Source: an uncultured Actinomycetota bacterium | GTDB lineage: Bacteria > Actinomycetota > Thermoleophilia > RBG-16-64-13 | Length of the DNA stretch: 64,000 nucleotides | Assembly (NCBI GenBank): GCA_963777945.1 | Contig: CAVZSN010000009.1 | Coordinates: 22,286-86,285, forward strand | Reading direction: 5' to 3' | Notes under the pieces: model-generated | Told to the model about the DNA's origin: nothing | What the model saw: only the letters and a program-made list of their open reading frames with translations | Databases searched by the model: none | Translations under genes and position numbers: made by a program | Shown here: positions 57,695 through 64,000 of the stretch, one piece after another | How positions within the stretch are numbered: position 1 is the first letter of the stretch | Layout: each line of letters opens with the position of its first letter

Positions 57695-58324
57695 ATGGAA
57701 GACACCGTCGTTCTCTCTCGACGTGACCGTCGCCGCCTCGCCACGCGAGCCGAGATCCTTGCCGCTGCTCGGGAATTGCTCCTCGAGGTGGGTCCGGAGG
57801 ATCTGAGTCTCCGCCAGGTGGCTCGCCGCGCCGACTTCAGCCCGGCGGCCCTCTACACCTACTTTCCCAGCAGGGATTCGCTCGTCGCGGCGCTCTTTGC
57901 CGAGTCGTTCGAACGGCTGGACGCCTGCGTCCGCCGGGTGCCGGCCGAGCTGCCCCCCGACCAGAGGATCGTGGAACTGGGCCTCGCCTATATGGAGTTC
58001 GCCCGAGACAATCCCATGGACCTGCGCTGCATGATGCTCTCCACCTCCTTGGACCTCCCGCCCTCCAGCGGGAAGGCCTTGGGCCAGGGGCTCGCCCGGC
58101 TCATCGGTGAGACCTTCCGTGAGGGCATGGAGCAGGGGGTCTTCAAGCCCAACGGCTTCATGTCCGCTCCGGAGATGGCCTACGGTGCGTGGGCGCTGGT
58201 GCACGGGATGGTGTCGATAGCCGGTATCGATTTGAGTGAAGTGTCTCAGGAAGTCTCCGCAGACCCGCGGCGGGTGCTCGAGACATTCGTCGACCTGCTC
58301 AAGGCCAAGCGGCCGGACCAGTAG
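57695..58324 (+). CDS. TetR/AcrR family transcriptional regulator
   Basis: N-terminal HTH RAEILAAARELLLEVGPEDLSLRQVARRADFSPAALYTYF. Start at the second in-frame ATG, after GGGAAGGGATAGG. Confidence 0.8.
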   Translation: MEDTVVLSRRDRRRLATRAEILAAARELLLEVGPEDLSLRQVARRADFSPAALYTYFPSRDSLVAALFAESFERLDACVRRVPAELPPDQRIVELGLAYMEFARDNPMDLRCMMLSTSLDLPPSSGKALGQGLARLIGETFREGMEQGVFKPNGFMSAPEMAYGAWALVHGMVSIAGIDLSEVSQEVSADPRRVLETFVDLLKAKRPDQ

Positions 58325-58424
58325 TCCGCTCCGTCCACGTCCATAACCCGCAACCGGGGCGCGCCCCCGACGTTAGAACGCAGCAAGGGTTCAAAGAGTA
58401 GAGAACGAGCAACGAGGATAGTAG

Positions 58425-60833
58425 ATGTTCCACGCGCTAGGAAGTTTCTGTTACCGATTTCGATGGATCGTCATCGCGGTCTGGGTGGTGCTGTTCGGCG
58501 TCAGCGTAGTGGCGACCCCACTGCTGGCCGATGTGCTCCAGGCCGGCTTCACCAACCCCAACGCCCCTTCGCAGGAAGCGGCGGACCTCATTCAGAAGAC
58601 GTTCGATCAGGGCGAGACCAACGTACTGGTCGTGTTCCAGAGCGATACTCTGCAGGCCGGCAGCGAGGAGTTCCAGGCGGCGGAGCAGGAAGCACTGGGT
58701 GGTCTTGAGGCTGCGAACATTCCGCACCTGGAGAGCATCCAGACCTACGCCAGCACCGGAAGCGACCTGCTCCTGTCCAAGGATGGGACCAGCTCGGTGG
58801 CGGTGCTCAACTTCAGTGCACCTTCTCAAGTGGTGCAGGAAGAAACGCAGCAGATAAAGGACGCCCTTGCCGGGAGTGAGCTCAAGGCTTACGTGACCGG
58901 GGAGCCGGCGATCGACGCGGAATTGACCGAGTACTCGTTCAGGGATCTCCGGAAGGTCGAGCTCTACGGTCTGCCGGTGGCGCTGATCGCTCTGATCTTC
59001 GTCTTTGGCAGCCTGGTTTCGGCGGCGCTTCCCGTGGTCACCGGAGGTCTGGCCGTGACCGTCACTCTTGGCGGCATGTACCTGATCGCCCGGGCGACCG
59101 ATATGTCCGTGTTCGCGATGAACACGGCCACCCTTCTGGGATTGGCGGTGGCCATCGACTACGCCCTCTTCATGGTCTCGCGCTTCAGGGAGGAGTTGCA
59201 CAAAGGCGCCTCGGTGAAGGAAGCGGTGGCGGTGACCACGGCCCGAGCCGGGCGGTCCGTCTATTTCAGCGGGATCGCGGTGATGGTCGGCGTGGTGGGT
59301 CTGGTCTTCTTCCCCTCACCTGGTCTACGCTCCCTCGGCATCGGCGGCGCGCTTGTGGTGTTCTTCTCCGTTGCGGCGTCTGTCACGTTCCTGCCCGCGC
59401 TGCTCGGGGTGCTCGGCCATCGGGTCGACAGACTGCCGGTGATCAGACTCCATGAGGCCCGCGAGGGCCGCTTGTGGCGGCGGTGGGCCAACGTGCTCCT
59501 CAAGCGCCCCTGGGCGTCCATAGTCGTGGCCGTGGTCCTCATCGCCCTCGTGGCTGCGCCGGCCGCGACGATGAAGAGCGAGATGACAGGGGCTACGACC
59601 CTGCCGCCCGAGTCTGAATCGCGGCAGGGCCTGGAGATCCTCGATCAGCAGTTCGATCGCACCGCGCTGTCGCCGATCTCCGTGATGCTCACCTGGGATG
59701 ACGGTGGCGGTGTCGACATGATCCGCGCGGGCACCATCTTCGCGTACGGACAGCAACTTTCTTCGATGCCGGGAGTGGCCTCGGTACTCAGTCCGTTCAC
59801 GCTCACCGGTATGAGCGATCCCAGCGCCATGGTGGCCTTCTGGCCGCAGTTCGAGAAGCTGCTCAACGATCCCGACGGCTTTGTGGTCCCCGCGGAGGGC
59901 ATAGACCTTGGCGGAGGACAGACGATAACGGCCGCCCAGCTGGAGCAGTTCAAGCAGCTGGTCCAAGGCTCGGTGGCTCCGGGGGCGGTGCTCTTCAGCG
60001 TCACCCCTACGGGCGATCCCAACTCGGCCGCGGCCCAGGACCTCGTGGCCGCCCTCCACGAGTCGACGGTGCCCGGTGGCTACCAACTTCACGTGGCGGG
60101 AGAATCCGCTTCCACCTACGACTTCTTCCGGGAGATCGAGACTTGGTTCCCCTGGGTCATCGCCTGGGTGGTCGCGACCAGTCTGATCGTGTTCGTGGTG
60201 CTCTTGCGCAGCGTGGTCCTGCCGGCACTGGCCGTCGCGGTCAACCTTCTCACCATCGCGATGAGTTACGGGTGGCTGGTGCTGCTGTTCCAGGGCACCA
60301 CGTTCGAGAAGATACTGCGGTTCACCTCCACCGGGGGCATCTCTGCAGTGGTCCCGGTGGTGCTTCTCTGCATTCTCTTCGGTATCACCATGGACTACGC
60401 GGTGTTCATGCTCACCCGCGCCCACGAGCGTTGGAACCGGACGCACGACAACCGGGACAGCATCGTCACCGGCCTCACCCGCACCGGGAGGATCATCGTG
60501 AGTGCGGCTCTCCTCGTGGTCATCGTCACCGGGACCTTCGCCTTCACGAGCATCAGCGAGACCAAGATGATGGGGCTCGGTATCGCTCTGGCGATCATCG
60601 CCGACACGATCCTCATCCGGCTGATCCTTCTCCCGGCGATCATGGCCTACCTGGGCGGCGCCAACTGGTGGTGGCCTGGGTTCAGCTGGATCAAAGGGAT
60701 CAAGGGTCTGACGCGCAGGAAAGGCGCCGGCACCGAGGGCTCGCAAGACGCGCCCCCCAACCCGAAGACGCGTCCCACCGGCCCGCGGCCGGCAGGCAGG
60801 CCCGGGCGGGTGAACCCTCAGCTCCCGCAATAG
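58425..60833 (+). CDS. MMPL-family (RND superfamily) membrane transporter
   Basis: 802 aa. Duplicated 6-TM blocks with two extracytoplasmic loops. AIDYALFMVSRFREE and GITMDYAVFMLTRAHE motifs. Confidence 0.8.
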   Translation: MFHALGSFCYRFRWIVIAVWVVLFGVSVVATPLLADVLQAGFTNPNAPSQEAADLIQKTFDQGETNVLVVFQSDTLQAGSEEFQAAEQEALGGLEAANIPHLESIQTYASTGSDLLLSKDGTSSVAVLNFSAPSQVVQEETQQIKDALAGSELKAYVTGEPAIDAELTEYSFRDLRKVELYGLPVALIALIFVFGSLVSAALPVVTGGLAVTVTLGGMYLIARATDMSVFAMNTATLLGLAVAIDYALFMVSRFREELHKGASVKEAVAVTTARAGRSVYFSGIAVMVGVVGLVFFPSPGLRSLGIGGALVVFFSVAASVTFLPALLGVLGHRVDRLPVIRLHEAREGRLWRRWANVLLKRPWASIVVAVVLIALVAAPAATMKSEMTGATTLPPESESRQGLEILDQQFDRTALSPISVMLTWDDGGGVDMIRAGTIFAYGQQLSSMPGVASVLSPFTLTGMSDPSAMVAFWPQFEKLLNDPDGFVVPAEGIDLGGGQTITAAQLEQFKQLVQGSVAPGAVLFSVTPTGDPNSAAAQDLVAALHESTVPGGYQLHVAGESASTYDFFREIETWFPWVIAWVVATSLIVFVVLLRSVVLPALAVAVNLLTIAMSYGWLVLLFQGTTFEKILRFTSTGGISAVVPVVLLCILFGITMDYAVFMLTRAHERWNRTHDNRDSIVTGLTRTGRIIVSAALLVVIVTGTFAFTSISETKMMGLGIALAIIADTILIRLILLPAIMAYLGGANWWWPGFSWIKGIKGLTRRKGAGTEGSQDAPPNPKTRPTGPRPAGRPGRVNPQLPQ

Positions 60834-60974
60834 GCGGGGCGCCGCCCTACACCCTTCTGCTCGCTCATTGCGAGTACGCAAAAGGCTCGCCTCAGGGTGC
60901 AGGGCGGCGTCGGCACACAGTTCACAGGTCGGCGCCGGCGGTGGCGCCGATCGCGGACGTCGGGTGGCGCCCGA

Positions 60975-62546
60975 TCAGGCCGGGAGGAGCACGGAGAAGG
61001 TCGACCCCCTCCCCTGCTCGCTGACGAGTCGCACCTGACCGCCGGCGCGCTCCGCGAGGCGCTTGACGATGGCCAGCCCGAGACCGCTTCCCTCGAGGCC
61101 TTTGGTCTCCGCCCGCTTTTCGCGGAAGAACTCGCCGAACACCAGGTCGACGTTCTCCTGGGCTATGCCGATGCCCGTGTCCTCGACGTCGACGCGCACC
61201 CACTCGCCCTCGTGGCGTGCGCGCACGGTGACCGCGCCGCCGTCGCGGTTGTACTTGACCGCGTTGCCGATGAGGTTGGTCAGGATCATCTGCAGGTCCT
61301 CGGGTGGGGCGAGCACGGGCGGCAGCCCCGATTCGACGTCGGTGGACGCCGTGATTCCCCGCGCGGCCAGATGCTCCGCTTGGGAGGCGAGGACCGATTC
61401 CACCAGGGGTCCCAGGTCGAGCAGCTCGGGTTGGCTCGCCGCCTGCGCCTGTTCGCTGCGGGACAGGGACAGCAGGTCGCCGATGAGCTGCACCAGGTCG
61501 TCGATGCGGTTCTCGGCGCGAGAGAGGAGGGGAAGATAGGCTTCGAGCTCGTCTCCCAGACTCTTGTCGGTCGTCACTTCGATGAGACTCCGGACGGCTC
61601 CCAGAGGCGATTTGAGCTCGTGCACCATGGTGCGGATGAAACGTTCCTTCTCCATGGCGAGGCGCCGTACCTCGGAGATATCGGACAGCGTCAGGATCCG
61701 CCCCAGAGCTTTGCCGTCCTCCGACCGGAAGGTGACGATGCTGGTCATGTAGCTGCGCTCGCCGATCGCCAGTTGCCCGACGGTGCGGTCCTTGGCGGGC
61801 GCCGCAAGTGGCTCCGCGAGGGCGGCCAGAGGGCCTCTGTCCAGCAGCTCGCCGGCCGGCCTGCGCAACACCTCTTGCTCCTCCACGCCGAGGAGGGCGG
61901 TCATGGCCCGGTTGGCGAGCACCACATCGCCGTGCTGGTTGACGACAAGGACGGCGTCGCGTAGCGAGGAGATGAGGGAGTGGGTCTGTGTCTTCTCCTC
62001 GGCTAGGGCGAGGAGGCTGGCCTCGTGCTCCAAGCGCAACCGCTCCTGCTCCGCGCGGGCCTGCTTGCGCTTGACCAGCGTCTCGATCACGCTCAGCAGG
62101 TCGTCGGGCAGGAACGGCTTGGGCAGGAAGAAGTCGATCCCCTGGAAGGTGGCCGCGCAGGCCAGGTCGATGTCGGCGTAGGCAGTGATCATGCAGGTCA
62201 TGATCTGCCGGCCCGTGTCTACCATGTGTTGATGGAGGGCGAGCCCGTCGGTGTCGGGGAGACGGTGGTCCAGAAGGGCTATGTCGTACTCGTGGGCGGC
62301 AAGAAGTGCGAGTGCCTCCGCGCCCGTCTCCGCGCCGGCCACTTCGTAGCCCTCGAGCTCCAGGATCTGCTGCACCGCCGAACGCACGCCGTACTCGTCG
62401 TCGACCACCAGGATGCGGGCGGGGGCGCCGCCGGCGACGGGGGCGCCGCCGGCATCCGCGCCGCCGGTCGGCATGCCGGCCTCGGGAGCGGGGGCGGCTC
62501 CGGGGGCGACGGGGCTAGGCCCGGCGGCGGGGGCCGGCGCGCTCAC
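60975..62546 (-). CDS. hybrid signalling protein: N-terminal receiver + PAS + HisKA + HATPase
   Basis: ILVVDDEYGVRS...IALLDHRLPDTDG receiver. H-box VHELKSPL. G-boxes DTGIGI / GSGLGLAIV. GTG 62546 overlaps the upstream stop (GTGA); ATG 62474 is an alternative start. Confidence 0.75.
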   Translation of the reverse strand: MSAPAPAAGPSPVAPGAAPAPEAGMPTGGADAGGAPVAGGAPARILVVDDEYGVRSAVQQILELEGYEVAGAETGAEALALLAAHEYDIALLDHRLPDTDGLALHQHMVDTGRQIMTCMITAYADIDLACAATFQGIDFFLPKPFLPDDLLSVIETLVKRKQARAEQERLRLEHEASLLALAEEKTQTHSLISSLRDAVLVVNQHGDVVLANRAMTALLGVEEQEVLRRPAGELLDRGPLAALAEPLAAPAKDRTVGQLAIGERSYMTSIVTFRSEDGKALGRILTLSDISEVRRLAMEKERFIRTMVHELKSPLGAVRSLIEVTTDKSLGDELEAYLPLLSRAENRIDDLVQLIGDLLSLSRSEQAQAASQPELLDLGPLVESVLASQAEHLAARGITASTDVESGLPPVLAPPEDLQMILTNLIGNAVKYNRDGGAVTVRARHEGEWVRVDVEDTGIGIAQENVDLVFGEFFREKRAETKGLEGSGLGLAIVKRLAERAGGQVRLVSEQGRGSTFSVLLPA

Positions 62547-62964
62547 GACAGCAGCTCCTCCGCCACGGCGAGGAGCTGCTTGCCGGTGGCCGGTTTGTCG
62601 ACGAAGCGGTCCAACTTGGACCAAGCCAGCAGTCCCTGACCCTCCTGGTCGAAGCGCTGACCCGTCTCTCTGGCGACGCCGCTCAGCATCACCAGGGGCG
62701 TGGCGGCGAGGTGTTCGCGCTTGCGCAACTCGTAGGCCAGGCGGAAGCCGGAGTCGTAGCGCTCCATCATCAGGTCGAGGAAGATGATGTCCGGCGTGTA
62801 AGCCTCGAGCAGTTCCAGCGCTTCGGTGCTGGACTCGGCCGTGCGCACGTCGTGGCCGCGGCTGCCGAAGTAGGCCGCCTGCGCGGTGAGGAAGTCGGAA
62901 TCGTCGTCGACGAACAGGATCTCCCAGCGCCTGCTCCAGCGCCGGACGACTCAGGGTGGCTCAT
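62543..62964 (-). pseudogene. single-domain response regulator (receiver only), one frame disruption near 62914
   Basis: ATG 62964 (MSHPESSGAGAGAG) overlaps the upstream kinase stop (ATGA). The receiver frame EILFVDDDSDFL...IIFLDLMM...FVDKP has no start codon after its own upstream stop at 62953-62951. The shift falls in a CCC run. Confidence 0.65.
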
Positions 62965-64000
62965 CTCATGCTCCTTTCACCACTCTTGCGGGTGACCGGG
63001 ACCTCGACGTGGAAGGTGGTCCCCACCCCCGGTTCGGTCTCGTACCAGATGTTGCCGTTGTGCATCTTGACGATGCCGTAGGAGATGGGCAGGCCAAGCC
63101 CGGTGCCCTTGCCGATGCTCTTGGTGGTGAAGAACGGCTGGAAGATCTTGTCCCGAGCCGAGGCCGAGATGCCGGTGCCCTGATCGGTCACGCTGAAGCG
63201 GATCCGACCCGTATCGGGGACCTCGCGCGCCGACACCTTGATGACGCCGGCGCGTCCCTCCATGGCTTCGGCGCCGTTCTTGATGAGGTTCACGAGCACC
63301 TGGGTCATCTGGTCGCGATCGAGATCGGCCCGCAGACCGGGGGTCACGTCGGCCACCACCCGCAGGTCGTGACCGGGTCCGCTCGGTACGCTCGCCATCG
63401 CGCCGTCGACAGACGAGGCCACCAGGTCTTCCACCGACGTCGATTCGATCCTGACCCGGCTCTGGCGCGCGAAGTCGAGGAGGTTGCCGATGATCTTCTT
63501 GCACCTGGCCGACTCCTCGGCCATGAGGCGGAGGTCGTGACCCAGATCCTCGCGGTCCTGGAGTTTCCTCTGCAGGATGTGCGAGTACAGCAGGATGGTA
63601 CTGAGCGGGTTGTTCAGCTCGTGAGCCACCCCGGCAGCCATCTGGCCCATCGACGCCAGCTTCTCGCTGTTGATGAGGTGGCTGTGGACGTCCCGCAGGT
63701 TGCTCCACGGCACGTTCAGCTCGTGGCACACCCGCTCTGCCTGGTCGATGATGAACGGCAGGCACATGGCCTCTTCGGCCATACCCGCGTACACCGCCGC
63801 GGCCTTGGCGCGGCAGGTGGGATAGCCACAGGCCCCGCAGTTGAGCTCGTCTTCGGGGAAGAACTTGTTGGTGTGGGTGAGGATGTCGCGTATCTCTTCC
63901 TCGGTGGGCTCCTGGGTGCGCTGATCGTCGGAGGTGAACGAGCGGGAGAGGTCCAGGTGCCCGTTCCCGCCCTCGTAAGGGGGCAGCATGCCATGCTGCT
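62961..64000 (-). CDS. sensor histidine kinase with a C-x2-C-x4-C-x16-C Fe-S domain directly N-terminal to the HisKA domain; 5' end beyond the window
   Basis: The frame is open to the window edge (..QHGMLPPYEGG..). NCGACGYPTCRAKAAAVYAGMAEEAMC resembles the RnfB/AcsC-type putative Fe-S domain. H-box AHELNNPL. G-boxes DQGTGI / GTGLGLPISYG. Confidence 0.7.
   Translation of the reverse strand, partial: QHGMLPPYEGGNGHLDLSRSFTSDDQRTQEPTEEEIRDILTHTNKFFPEDELNCGACGYPTCRAKAAAVYAGMAEEAMCLPFIIDQAERVCHELNVPWSNLRDVHSHLINSEKLASMGQMAAGVAHELNNPLSTILLYSHILQRKLQDREDLGHDLRLMAEESARCKKIIGNLLDFARQSRVRIESTSVEDLVASSVDGAMASVPSGPGHDLRVVADVTPGLRADLDRDQMTQVLVNLIKNGAEAMEGRAGVIKVSAREVPDTGRIRFSVTDQGTGISASARDKIFQPFFTTKSIGKGTGLGLPISYGIVKMHNGNIWYETEPGVGTTFHVEVPVTRKSGERSMR

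Overview
This is a high-GC window (roughly two-thirds G+C by eye), densely coding on both strands. The gene content looks like an anaerobic, actinobacterium-like chromosome. I found no rRNA, tRNA, CRISPR array or intact mobile element. From left to right the window contains: (1) a flavoprotein, a homocysteine methyltransferase and a nitroreductase, next to a pyrogallol-transhydroxylase-type molybdoenzyme alpha/beta pair (4.4-7.9 kb). (2) The most unusual gene: a 942-aa protein joining an integrase Arm-type DNA-binding domain to five tandem CAP-like cNMP-binding domains. Its promoter is bracketed by phased GTGTCCC(C) direct repeats, and it is apparently co-transcribed with nfnAB and sdaA (8.0-14.9 kb). 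(3) A complete Pho module: phoR/phoP-like two-component system, PHO box and pstSCAB-phoU (14.9-22.1 kb). (4) A wHTH-AAA-TPR regulator and a family-5 solute-binding protein (22.2-27.0 kb). (5) A small lower-GC islet (27.0-28.0 kb). (6) A second, AthL-like molybdoenzyme alpha subunit with no beta subunit, translationally coupled to an MBL-fold lactonase-like gene and surrounded by hydrolases (28-35.5 kb). (7) gnd-pgl-zwf and a LuxR regulator (35.6-40.7 kb). (8) A liv-type branched-chain amino-acid ABC operon plus an amidohydrolase (40.9-47.5 kb). (9) DUF169, an NTF2-like protein, a QueG-like Fe-S protein, REC-HD-GYP, a radical SAM protein, an Fe-ADH, MFS, ABC-2 and TetR-MmpL genes (47.6-60.8 kb). 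(10) A three-gene signalling module that includes an Fe-S-domain histidine kinase running off the window end. Caveat: the sequence carries many single-base frame disruptions. They concentrate in two blocks (about 17.1-26.1 kb and 41.2-46.9 kb) whose edges fall inside genes. I read this as consensus or assembly error rather than gene decay, but it cannot be settled from the sequence alone. Genes whose frame is broken in the sequence as given are typed pseudogene. Coordinates for broken genes span the reconstructed gene.
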